A stretch of 26,815 nt of DNA from Rhodanobacteraceae bacterium (GTDB lineage Bacteria > Pseudomonadota > Gammaproteobacteria > Xanthomonadales > Rhodanobacteraceae): NCBI GenBank assembly GCA_025928735.1, contig JAICIW010000001.1, forward strand, positions 1 to 26,815, read 5' to 3'. A program made the position numbers and the translations under genes. The notes under the pieces were generated by a model. The model had not been told where the DNA came from. It made no database searches and saw only the letters and a list, made by a program, of their open reading frames with translations. Shown in pieces: positions 1 to 8,127 of the stretch (position 1 is its first letter; every line of letters starts with the position of its first letter).

Positions 1-2376
1 CCCGGCACCGACGGCCTGTTGGCAGGCGCGCTGATCCACGAACTGCTGCGCACCGATCGGGTGGATCTCGAATACCTCGTGCGCTACAGCAACGCGCACC
101 ATCTGGTGATCCGCGATCCGGGCGCGACGGACGACGGACTGGTCGCGCGTGACTCGGACGGGAAACCGTTGTGTGCGGTGCGTAGTGGCACGCAAGCACC
201 GGACCCTCACCCCCGCGCTGCGCGCTCAGCGCTACACGCCGCATCTTCCGAGGGGAGCGGGGCTTTTTCCCTTCTCCCTCCGGGAGAAGGTGCCCAAAGG
301 GCGGATGAGGGTTCGGCATCGCCTTGTCGCATCGTACCCGCCGATGCGATCGACATCTCACCGGCCATCGCGGGCGAATACACGCTGCCCGATGGCCGCA
401 ATGCCGTGCCTGCGTTCCAGCTCATCGCCGAACGTTTCCTCGCCGACGACTACGCACCCGACCGCGTCGCCGGACGCTGCGGCGTCGATGCAAAAACCAT
501 CCGACGGCTCGCCGCCGAACTCGCACAGGTCGCGTTCGATGAAACGATCGAGTTGCCGATCGCCTGGACCGACACCTACGGCCGCAAGCACGACTCGATG
601 ATCGGCCGTCCGGTCTCGATGCACGCGATGCGCGGCATCGCCGCGCATGCCAACGGCTTCCATACCTGCCGCACGATCCACCTCCTTCAAATGCTGCTGG
701 GCGCCATCGACACGCCCGGCAGTTTCCGTTACCAGCCGCCATACCCGAAGCCTGCGCCGCCGGGCAACAAGCCGGCGAAAGCGCGCAAAGCCGACGGCAC
801 GCTGACCGGCAATCCGCTGGGCTACCCGCAATCACCCGAAGATTTGTTGGTGGATGAAAACGGCGATCCGCGTCGCATCGACCACGCCTTCAGTTGGGAA
901 TTCCCGCTGGCTGCGCACGGCCTGCTGCAATCGGTGATCCGCAACGCGGTGGACGGCAATCCGACGAAAATCGACACGCTGTTCCTGTTCATGGCCAACA
1001 TGGGCTGGAACTCGGCGATGGATACCGCCGCCACGCGCGAACTGCTGTGCGCGCGCGACGGCAACGGCGACTACAGGATTCCGCACATCATCTACTCGGA
1101 CGCGTACGATTCCGAAACGGTGGCATTCGCCGACTTGGTGCTGCCTGACACCACGTACCTCGAACGCTACGACTGCATCAGCCTGCTGGATCGCCCGATC
1201 AGCGACGCCGAATCCGCGGCCGATGCGATCCGCCAGCCGGTGGTCGCGCCCGATCGCGACGTGCGCCCGTTCCAGGACGTACTGCTGGATCTCGGCGCGC
1301 GCCTGAAGCTACCGAACATGGCCGACGCGGCCGGCAACCCGTTCTACAAGGATTACGCCGACTACATCGTGCGACACGAACGCGCACCGGGCGTCGGCAT
1401 GCTGGCGGGTTGGCGCGGCCCTGGTGGCGCGCAGGCCGGCAAGGGTGCCCCCAACCCTGATCAGCTGCAGCGCTACATCGAACACGGCTGTTTCTTCGAA
1501 GCAAGGATTCCGGAGTCTGGCGCCTACTACCGGATGGCCAACCGCGATTACCTCGCGTGGGCGCAATCGATGGGGTTCGTCGGCTCGACCGAGCCGGTCA
1601 CGATGCAGTTGTATTGCGAGGTACTGCAACGGTTCCGGCTGGCGGCGCAAGGGCACGGGGCGGTGCAGCCACCGGAACGGGAGCGTGCGCGCGTCGCGCG
1701 GTATTTCGATCCGGTGCCGTTTTGGTACTCGTCGCAAAGCGACACTGATTCCCTTCTCCCTTCGGGAGAGGCCGAGCGTAGCGAACGCGCGCGTAGCGCG
1801 AGCGAGCGCAGCGCGCCGGGTGAGGGTCCGAATCTTGCGCAAGCCCCGAACGCTCACCCCAGCGCTGCGCGCTCGGCCTACGGCCGCCTCTCCCGAAGGG
1901 AGAGGGGAGAAAGCTTTCCGCTCTCTGCCATCACCCAGCGTCCGATGTTCATGTATCACGCATGGGGTTCGCAGAACCGCTGGCTGCGCCAGATCGCAGC
2001 GCGCAACGTTTTGTACGTGCATCCGCGCACGCTTGCCGAACATGCCATCGACGATGGCGATTGGGTGTGGATCGCCTCGGAGCGCGCACGCATCCGCGTG
2101 CAGGTGCGCGCGCATGCGGCGACCGCGCCGGGCACCGTGTGGACGTGGAACGCGATCGGCAAGAAACGTGGCGCGTGGAAACTTCGTGCCGGCGCCCCGG
2201 AATTCGTGGACGGATTCCTGCTCAATCACCTGATCGGCGAACGCGCACGCGATGCCCGCTACGGCAACGGCGATCCGGTGACCGGACAGGCCGCATGGTT
2301 CGACCTGAAAGTGCGGCTGGAACACGATCCCGAGCCGCGGGTGCCAGGCCACCGGCTGCAACGGACGGGTGCCTGA
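1..2376 (+). CDS. soeA: Molybdopterin oxidoreductase catalytic subunit, SoeA-type sulfite dehydrogenase (quinone); 5' part lies outside the window
   Basis: Frame is open from base 1 (PGTDGLLAGALIHELL...). Family motifs include VSMHAMRGIAAHANGFHTCR, LFMANMGWNS, DAYDSETVAFADLVLPDTTYLER, QRPMFMYHAWGSQNRWLRQ and GDPVTGQAAWFDLKV. SoeB- and SoeC-like genes lie downstream. Confidence 0.85.
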   Translation, partial: PGTDGLLAGALIHELLRTDRVDLEYLVRYSNAHHLVIRDPGATDDGLVARDSDGKPLCAVRSGTQAPDPHPRAARSALHAASSEGSGAFSLLPPGEGAQRADEGSASPCRIVPADAIDISPAIAGEYTLPDGRNAVPAFQLIAERFLADDYAPDRVAGRCGVDAKTIRRLAAELAQVAFDETIELPIAWTDTYGRKHDSMIGRPVSMHAMRGIAAHANGFHTCRTIHLLQMLLGAIDTPGSFRYQPPYPKPAPPGNKPAKARKADGTLTGNPLGYPQSPEDLLVDENGDPRRIDHAFSWEFPLAAHGLLQSVIRNAVDGNPTKIDTLFLFMANMGWNSAMDTAATRELLCARDGNGDYRIPHIIYSDAYDSETVAFADLVLPDTTYLERYDCISLLDRPISDAESAADAIRQPVVAPDRDVRPFQDVLLDLGARLKLPNMADAAGNPFYKDYADYIVRHERAPGVGMLAGWRGPGGAQAGKGAPNPDQLQRYIEHGCFFEARIPESGAYYRMANRDYLAWAQSMGFVGSTEPVTMQLYCEVLQRFRLAAQGHGAVQPPERERARVARYFDPVPFWYSSQSDTDSLLPSGEAERSERARSASERSAPGEGPNLAQAPNAHPSAARSAYGRLSRRERGESFPLSAITQRPMFMYHAWGSQNRWLRQIAARNVLYVHPRTLAEHAIDDGDWVWIASERARIRVQVRAHAATAPGTVWTWNAIGKKRGAWKLRAGAPEFVDGFLLNHLIGERARDARYGNGDPVTGQAAWFDLKVRLEHDPEPRVPGHRLQRTGA
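199..316. repeat. REP/BIME-like composite palindromic element inserted in frame in soeA (copy 1)
   Basis: Outer inverted repeat ccggaccctcacc (199-211) / gatgagggttcgg (304-316), 11/13 matching. Perfect hairpin ccttctccc-tcc-gggagaagg (270-290) and gccc-aaa-gggc (292-302). Left arm 204-262 aligns with 1854-1908. Confidence 0.8.
1750..1908. repeat. REP/BIME-like composite palindromic element inserted in frame in soeA (copy 2, 159 nt = 53 codons)
   Basis: Terminal inverted repeat tcccttctcccttcgggagaggc (1750-1772) / gcctctcccgaagggagagggga (1886-1908), 22/23 matching. Inner arms gagcgcagcgcgccgggtgag / ctcaccccagcgctgcgcgctc. Central palindrome cttgcgcaag (1834-1843). Confidence 0.85.
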
Positions 2377-2459
2377 GCCTTGCACGCCACGTCGCCGTTT
2401 CATCTGCAGATAACGTCGCGCTTACCCGCTCACGCGAAAACCGCGGCACAATCGGCAGG

Positions 2460-2522
2460 ATGGTGATCTGCGTTCACCACCATACCCACGCTCACGGAAT
2501 TCGGGGGACTCGGGGAAGATGA
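2460..2522 (+). CDS. Possible His-rich leader peptide MVICVHHHTHAHGIRGTRGR (20 aa)
   Basis: Read directly from the sequence. Its stop overlaps the next ATG (ATGA). A CACAAT -10-like hexamer lies at 2447-2452. No homology evidence. Confidence 0.2.
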   Translation: MVICVHHHTHAHGIRGTRGR

Positions 2523-2566
2523 AGGTGCCGCAACCGCTCGCCGCACAGGAACGCCGCCGCCCATGA
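2519..2566 (+). CDS. Possible short coupling peptide MKVPQPLAAQERRRP (15 aa)
   Basis: Preceded by G-rich SD-like gggggactcggggaag. ATGA overlaps at both ends (2519-2522 and 2563-2566). No homology evidence. Confidence 0.2.
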   Translation: MKVPQPLAAQERRRP

Positions 2567-4320
2567 CGTGGCAGGCTTGGGCCACTGCCGCGATCATCGT
2601 GGTCGCGATGGCGATGTTTGCCAGCGAAAAGGTGCGGGTGGACCTGGTCGCCTTGATCACCTTGGGCCTGCTGGTCGCGCTTGGCATCGTCACGCCCGAA
2701 CAGGCGCTGTCGGGTTTCAGCAACGAAGCGACCGTGACGGTGGCCGCGATGTTCGCGCTGGCGGTGGGCATCGAGCGCTCCGGCGCGCTGGACCCGATCA
2801 TCAACCTGCTCTCGCGTATCCGCAATCCATGGCTGTTGTCGTTGGGCACGATGGTCACGATCGCGCCGCTGGGCGCGTTCATCAAGAATACCGCGCTGGT
2901 CGCCACATTCCTGCCGCTGTCGCTGAAGGTATGCCAGCGCACCAATACCTCACCCTCCCGCGTGCTGATGCCGATGGCATTTGCGGCACAGATGGGCGGC
3001 GTGTGCACATTGATCGGCACCTCGTCCAACCTGCTGGTGGATTCGCTGGCGCAAAAGCAGGGACTTGCCGCGTTCGGCATTTTCGAATTCACGCCGCTCG
3101 GCGTGATGCTTGCGATCGCAGGCATCACTTACATGATGGTGATCGGTCGCTGGCTGCTGCCGAAGCACTTCGACAACGCGATTTCGGGGCCACTGCAGGT
3201 CGGCAAGTACGTCACCGAACTGAAGGTAATGTCGGATTCATCGGTGGTCGGACAGACGATCGCCGAAGCGAAGCTGGGCGATCAGGGTGTGTATCCGCTG
3301 GAACTGCTGCGCGGCGACCAGCACATGTGGTCGCCGCGCACCCAGAAGCTCAGCGCCGGTGACGTGCTGCTGGTGCGCGGCGAATGGGACAAGCTGGAAC
3401 AGTTCCGCAAGCACGCGGGGCTGGAGATCAATCCGGAATTCACCCACGCCGAGAACGGCGACAAGGCCAACGTACTGGTGGAAGCCATGGTCGCGCCGGC
3501 CAGCACTGCCGAAGACCGCACGCTGCGCGACCTGGACCTGCAACCCAGCTACGACGCCACCGTGCTCGGCATTCATCGTCGCGGCCACCTGCTGCGCGAC
3601 AAGATCCGCGACGTCGCGTTCCAGACCGGCGACGTGCTGATGATGCTGCTGCCGGCCGATACGGTGAAACGCCTGCGCCGCGATGATCGCTTCGTGGTGC
3701 TGAACGAACGCGACGACGCGCGCCGCCCGCGCTACAAAGCGTTCGTCGCCATCGCGATCATGGCGGCGGTGGTGATCGTTTCCGCGCTGCACTGGCTGCC
3801 GATTCCCATCGCCGCGATCTGCGGCGTGGCCGCAATGGCGCTGACGCGCTGCTTTGGACGCAAGGACGTGTACCAGGGCATGGACTGGAAGATCATCATC
3901 CTGCTCGGCGCGATCCTGCCGCTCGGCATCGCGATGGAGACGACCGGTCTGGCGCACGTGGTGGTAAGCGGCGCGCTCGATGTCGTCGGCAACCACGGCC
4001 CACTCGCGGCACTGGCGATGGTGTACGTGCTCACTGCGCTGCTCACCGAGCTGATGGGCCACAACCCTTCGGTGGTGCTGATGGTCGGCATCGCCGTCAG
4101 TGTCGCGCACGCAGTGCACGCCGATCCGCGTCCGTTCGTGGTGGTGGTCGCGTTCGCCGCGGCGACTTCGTTCGCGACCCCGGTCGGGTATCCGACCAAC
4201 ACGATGGTGTATTACGCTGGCGGCTATCGCTTTCTCGATTTCACCAAGGTCGGCGTGCCGCTGATTGCGCTGTTCTGCGCATTGTCGATGCTCCTGGTTC
4301 CGAAAATCTGGCCATTTTGA
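2563..4320 (+). CDS. SLC13/DASS (CitMHS-like) permease with two central TrkA-C (RCK_C) domains, YfbS/SLT-like
   Basis: 585 aa. Hydrophobic N- and C-terminal helical blocks with ALSGFSNEATVTVAAMF, GGVCTLIGTSSNLLV and SFATPVGYPTNTMVY motifs flank two soluble RCK_C-like repeats. Confidence 0.88.
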   Translation: MTWQAWATAAIIVVAMAMFASEKVRVDLVALITLGLLVALGIVTPEQALSGFSNEATVTVAAMFALAVGIERSGALDPIINLLSRIRNPWLLSLGTMVTIAPLGAFIKNTALVATFLPLSLKVCQRTNTSPSRVLMPMAFAAQMGGVCTLIGTSSNLLVDSLAQKQGLAAFGIFEFTPLGVMLAIAGITYMMVIGRWLLPKHFDNAISGPLQVGKYVTELKVMSDSSVVGQTIAEAKLGDQGVYPLELLRGDQHMWSPRTQKLSAGDVLLVRGEWDKLEQFRKHAGLEINPEFTHAENGDKANVLVEAMVAPASTAEDRTLRDLDLQPSYDATVLGIHRRGHLLRDKIRDVAFQTGDVLMMLLPADTVKRLRRDDRFVVLNERDDARRPRYKAFVAIAIMAAVVIVSALHWLPIPIAAICGVAAMALTRCFGRKDVYQGMDWKIIILLGAILPLGIAMETTGLAHVVVSGALDVVGNHGPLAALAMVYVLTALLTELMGHNPSVVLMVGIAVSVAHAVHADPRPFVVVVAFAAATSFATPVGYPTNTMVYYAGGYRFLDFTKVGVPLIALFCALSMLLVPKIWPF

Positions 4321-4374
4321 CCGTCGTGCCTTCCACACTGACGACTTCCTTGTTTTTTGCCGTCCGCCTCCCGA

Positions 4375-4407
4375 GCGGGCGTGTGACTTTCTCTAGGCCA
4401 TGGATGG
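4375..4407. repeat. Partial, degenerate copy of the ~110-bp intergenic element end
   Basis: aggccatggatgg (4395-4407) is identical to 17201-17213. Upstream gcgggcgtgtg resembles gcggccgttgtg at 17182-17193. Confidence 0.4.
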
Positions 4408-4438
4408 TCGACCGCGAAACCTTCGCGGGAAGGCATCA

Positions 4439-5257
4439 ATGACCTCTCTCCCCCCGCCGGCGAAAAAAAAGCTCGGGTTGGTGATCGACCTTGATATCTG
4501 CGTCGGCTGCCACGCCTGTGCGGTCGCGTGCAAGGAATGGAATGACGGCGGCGCCTTCGGACCGCTGCCGGATGACGATCCGTACGGCGCCGAACCGCAT
4601 GGCGTGTGGTTCAATCGGGTGCATAGCTACGAGGTCACCGCTGATCGCTCGTCCGAAAACGTCAGCGCACCCGTCCCGCAAATGGTGCACTTCCCGCGCT
4701 CGTGTCTGCACTGCGAGACGCCGGATTGCGTGACAGTGTGCCCGACCGGCGCCAGCTACAAGCGCGCCGAGGACGGCATCGTGCTGGTGGACGAGGACAA
4801 GTGCATCGGCTGCCAGTTGTGTGCGTGGGCCTGCCCGTATGGGGCGCGCGAGATCGCGTTGCCGCATCCGAAAATGCCGACTTCCGACGCCGGTCGCAAG
4901 GATTCCAAGCGCGGCACGATGCAGAAGTGCACGCTGTGCGTGGATCGCATCTACAACGAAACGCTGGACGAGCACGACCGCCAGCCGGCCTGCGTGATGG
5001 CGTGTCCGACCCGCGCGCGGATGTTCGGCGACCTGGGCGATCCCGATTCCGACGTGTCGAAGGCGGTTGCCGAACGCGAAGGTTTCGCGTTGATGCCGGA
5101 GTTCGGTTACCAGCCGGTGAATCGTTACCTGCCGCCGCGCCCGCGCCGGGATGGCAGCGGGGCCGCGGCGGCTGCATCGGTTTCCGCTGAAGAAACGCTC
5201 GACACCGCGCAGCTTCCGTCCCTGCTGCGCTGGCTGGACAAGGCGTTGTCGCGATGA
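4439..5257 (+). CDS. soeB: 4x[4Fe-4S] ferredoxin subunit of sulfite dehydrogenase (DmsB/NrfC family), 272 aa
   Basis: MTSLP...KKLGLVIDLDICVGCHACAVAC, CLHCETPDCVTVC, CIGCQLCAWAC and CTLC..C..C Cys motifs. SD-like gggaagg precedes ATG 4439, which is preferred over the ORF-finder start at 4400. Confidence 0.88.
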   Translation: MTSLPPPAKKKLGLVIDLDICVGCHACAVACKEWNDGGAFGPLPDDDPYGAEPHGVWFNRVHSYEVTADRSSENVSAPVPQMVHFPRSCLHCETPDCVTVCPTGASYKRAEDGIVLVDEDKCIGCQLCAWACPYGAREIALPHPKMPTSDAGRKDSKRGTMQKCTLCVDRIYNETLDEHDRQPACVMACPTRARMFGDLGDPDSDVSKAVAEREGFALMPEFGYQPVNRYLPPRPRRDGSGAAAAASVSAEETLDTAQLPSLLRWLDKALSR

Positions 5258-6192
5258 AGCCCGCGCTCTCGGTGATTTTCTTCACGGTGATGAGTGGCGC
5301 GGGCTACGGATTGTGGTGCCTGCTGGGACTCGCACTGGCGGCGGGTATCTACCCGCTTTCCGGAATGGGCGTACTGGTGCCGCTGGGCTTCGGCTTCGTG
5401 CTGGTGAGCGCAGGTCTGCTGGCATCGACGATGCACCTCGGCCGTCCCGGGCGCGCGTGGCGAGCACTGAGCCAATGGCGCTCATCGTGGCTGTCGCGCG
5501 AGGGCATCGCCTCGCTCGTGACGTACCTGCCAATGCTCGCCATGGCGTGGTTTGCATTCATCGGCCACGCCGGGACCGGCTTGCGCGTGGCGGGCGCGTT
5601 GCTGGCGCTGGGCGCGCTCGCGACAATCCTTTGCACCGCCAATATCTATCGTTCGCTGAAAACCATCGCTGCGTGGCGCACCCGGCAGGTGCTGCCGCTT
5701 TATTTCATGTTTGCGCTGTTGTCCGGTGGCCTGTGGTTGTGGACGTGGCTGGCGCTCACCGTCGGGGCGGCGACCAGCCTCGCGTTTCCGCTGGCCCTGC
5801 TGGGGCTCGCCATCATCGCTGCGGTGATCAAGGTCGATCACTGGAAATGCGCCGACGCCCTGCCCGTGAACACGGCCGGCAATGCGACGGGCCTGGCGAT
5901 GCTGGGTCGGGTGCGCGCTTTCGAAGGCCCGGTCACGGAAGAAAGCTACCTCACCCGCGAGATGGCGTTCGTGCTTGCCAGAAAACACGGTGCACGCCTG
6001 CGGCGAATCGCGGTGACGCTGTTCGGATTGGCGCCGGCGCTGGGCATCGCGGTGGCACTGGCTGCGGACGCTGCATGGCTCGCGCCGATTGCGGCGCTCG
6101 CCGCCCTCGCCGGTCTGTTCGTGGAGCGCTGGCTGTTCTTCGCCGAAGCGCGTCATGCGGTGGCGGCGTTCTTTCCGCAAACGCAGGCTTGA
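5254..6192 (+). CDS. soeC: DmsC-family membrane anchor of sulfite dehydrogenase
   Basis: N-terminus MKPALSVIFFTVMSGAGYG, HLGRPGRAWRALSQWRSSWLSREG and C-terminal VERWLFFAEARH. ATGA overlap with soeB. Confidence 0.88.
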   Translation: MKPALSVIFFTVMSGAGYGLWCLLGLALAAGIYPLSGMGVLVPLGFGFVLVSAGLLASTMHLGRPGRAWRALSQWRSSWLSREGIASLVTYLPMLAMAWFAFIGHAGTGLRVAGALLALGALATILCTANIYRSLKTIAAWRTRQVLPLYFMFALLSGGLWLWTWLALTVGAATSLAFPLALLGLAIIAAVIKVDHWKCADALPVNTAGNATGLAMLGRVRAFEGPVTEESYLTREMAFVLARKHGARLRRIAVTLFGLAPALGIAVALAADAAWLAPIAALAALAGLFVERWLFFAEARHAVAAFFPQTQA

Positions 6193-6250
6193 AAGTCCGC
6201 ATCGCGACCCCACTCTTCGTCACACAAATTTAACAGGCATTCAGTGCCCG

Positions 6251-6270
6251 GCCCGCAGCCTTGCGGGTTT
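6251..6270 (+). terminator. Weak intrinsic-terminator-like hairpin after soeC
   Basis: gcccgca-gcct-tgcgggt followed by only a short T run. Confidence 0.25.
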
Positions 6271-6294
6271 CACCAAGCAAGATCGGAGTGATGC

Positions 6295-7134
6295 ATGAAA
6301 TTCTCCCGCATCGCCGCGTTGGCGGCGATTTCCACATTGTGCATTCCCGCCCTGGCATGGGCGGACCCACCCGCCGATGCCTCGAACTGGAGTGGCAGCG
6401 GCGAGTTCGGTCTCGCCAACGCGACCGGCAATACGAAGTCGCTGAACGTGGATGCCAAGTTCAAGATGGCGTACGAGGACGACATCTGGAAGGACGCGTT
6501 CTTTCTCGATGCCAATCGCGCCAAGAGCAACGTCAAGACGCCGATCGTGCAGGACGGCGTGGTGGTGGGACAAACCGCGACTTACCAGACCACCGCCAAT
6601 CATTTCGACATCGGCGGTTCGCTCGGCTACAAGTTCAACCCGCGTTCGTACCTGATCGGCGCCGCGCGCTACGACCACGATGATTTCGCGTCGAACCGCT
6701 GGCAGGAAGTGGCCTCGATCGGGTTCGGTTACATCATGCTGAAGAACGCGCGCAGCGAGTTGTCGTTCGAAGCCGGTCCCGGCTACAAGCGCTACCAGCC
6801 GCAGACCTACACCGTGGTCGATACCAGCGTGACGCCGCCGACCGCGACCGTGGTGAAGCCACCGGTCGAAAACGAGGCGATCGGCCGCGGCCTCGTCAAC
6901 TACAAACTCGCGCTGACCGACAGCGCCAGTTTGCAGGAGACCTTCCTCGCCGAAGTCGGCAGCGAGAACAAGTACTACCAGAACGACATCGGCATCGCGG
7001 TGGCGATGACCAGGACGCTGGCCCTGAAGATCGCGTACGAGAATCGCTACAACTCGAACATCGTGCCCGGCACCAGGCACATGGACAGCCTGTTCACCAC
7101 CAATCTGGTGTACAGCTTCGGGCAGTCTAAATAG
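6295..7134 (+). CDS. DUF481 / YdiY-like outer-membrane beta-barrel protein
   Basis: Signal peptide MKFSRIAALAAISTLCIPALAWA, WSGSGEFGLANATGNTKS, alternating beta-strand pattern and terminal TNLVYSF. SD ggag precedes the start. Confidence 0.8.
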   Translation: MKFSRIAALAAISTLCIPALAWADPPADASNWSGSGEFGLANATGNTKSLNVDAKFKMAYEDDIWKDAFFLDANRAKSNVKTPIVQDGVVVGQTATYQTTANHFDIGGSLGYKFNPRSYLIGAARYDHDDFASNRWQEVASIGFGYIMLKNARSELSFEAGPGYKRYQPQTYTVVDTSVTPPTATVVKPPVENEAIGRGLVNYKLALTDSASLQETFLAEVGSENKYYQNDIGIAVAMTRTLALKIAYENRYNSNIVPGTRHMDSLFTTNLVYSFGQSK

Positions 7135-7148
7135 TTCGGGTTTCGGGA

Positions 7149-8066
7149 TCAGGGGCGCGAACGCAGCAATGCGTCCGCGCCTTTCTGTTTCAGCCGCAGC
7201 GCGACTTCACGGCCCAGCCCGGCCGGATCTTCGCCCGTTGCCTCGGCGCGCAGCACACGGCCATCACGCGCATCGCCCAGCAAGCCGCGCAGACGCAGTG
7301 TTCCGTCCGCGCAGGTTTCGCACCACGCGCCCAACGGCATCGTGCAATCGCCGCCGAGTTCGGCGTTGAGCGCGCGCTCGGCGGCGACAGCGCGGCGCGT
7401 GCCGCCGTCGTCCAACACCTTCACGCATTCGATCACCCGCGCGGCGTCCGCGCGGGTTTCCACCGCGATCGCCGCCTGACCCGGCGCTGGCAACCAGTTC
7501 GGCGGCGCGAGGCGCGAGCGGATGCGTGCATCGAAACCCATCCGTTGCAAACCCGCGACGGCAAGAATGATCGCCGCGTATTCGCCTCGATCCAGCTTTG
7601 CGAGACGCGTGCCGACGTTGCCGCGCAAGTCCGCGATATCGACGTCTGGTCTTCGCGCACGCAGCTGCGCACTGCGCCGCAGCGACGAGGTGCCGACGCG
7701 AGCACGCTGCGGCAGACCTTCCAGCGAAGCGTAATCATTGCTGACGAAGGCGTCCGCGCAATCGGCGCGCTCCAGGATGGCGGCCAGCGTGAATTGCGCA
7801 TCGAGCTGCGCCGGCACGTCCTTCAGCGAATGCACCGCGAGATCGGCGCGACCTTCCGCGAGCGCGACTTCCAGTTCCTTGAGAAACAGCCCCTTGCCGC
7901 CAATCGCCGCCAGCGAACGATCCAGCACTTCGTCACCGCGCGTGGACAGCGGCAGCAATTCCACCGTGAGTCCCGGATGCGCAGCGCGCAAGCGCGCGGC
8001 GACGTGCTCGGTCTGCCACAGGGCCAGCGGGCTCTTGCGGGTGGCGATGCGAAGGGTTTCGGCCAT
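7149..8066 (-). CDS. hemC: Hydroxymethylbilane synthase (porphobilinogen deaminase), 305 aa
   Basis: [51 protein letters not shown] and cofactor-binding Cys in GGDC. Start set at MAETL (8066). Confidence 0.95.
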   Translation of the reverse strand: MAETLRIATRKSPLALWQTEHVAARLRAAHPGLTVELLPLSTRGDEVLDRSLAAIGGKGLFLKELEVALAEGRADLAVHSLKDVPAQLDAQFTLAAILERADCADAFVSNDYASLEGLPQRARVGTSSLRRSAQLRARRPDVDIADLRGNVGTRLAKLDRGEYAAIILAVAGLQRMGFDARIRSRLAPPNWLPAPGQAAIAVETRADAARVIECVKVLDDGGTRRAVAAERALNAELGGDCTMPLGAWCETCADGTLRLRGLLGDARDGRVLRAEATGEDPAGLGREVALRLKQKGADALLRSRP

Positions 8067-8127
8067 GCTCGTAAAGCGCAATCGGGAACGCAGCAGTATC
8101 GCACCGCGCGCGCCGTGACGCAGCGAT

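Noticed and set aside
4351-4381. GC hairpin with a T-run between the permease and soeB as a terminator
   Set aside because: The T-run lies before the stem on the plus strand, so the geometry fits neither orientation.
4400-4438. ORF-finder N-terminal extensions (soeB 4400, hemC 8354, topA 15899, tsaP 18511, GT 23151 and 24215)
   Set aside because: Downstream starts match family N-termini, SD sites or ATGA coupling better.
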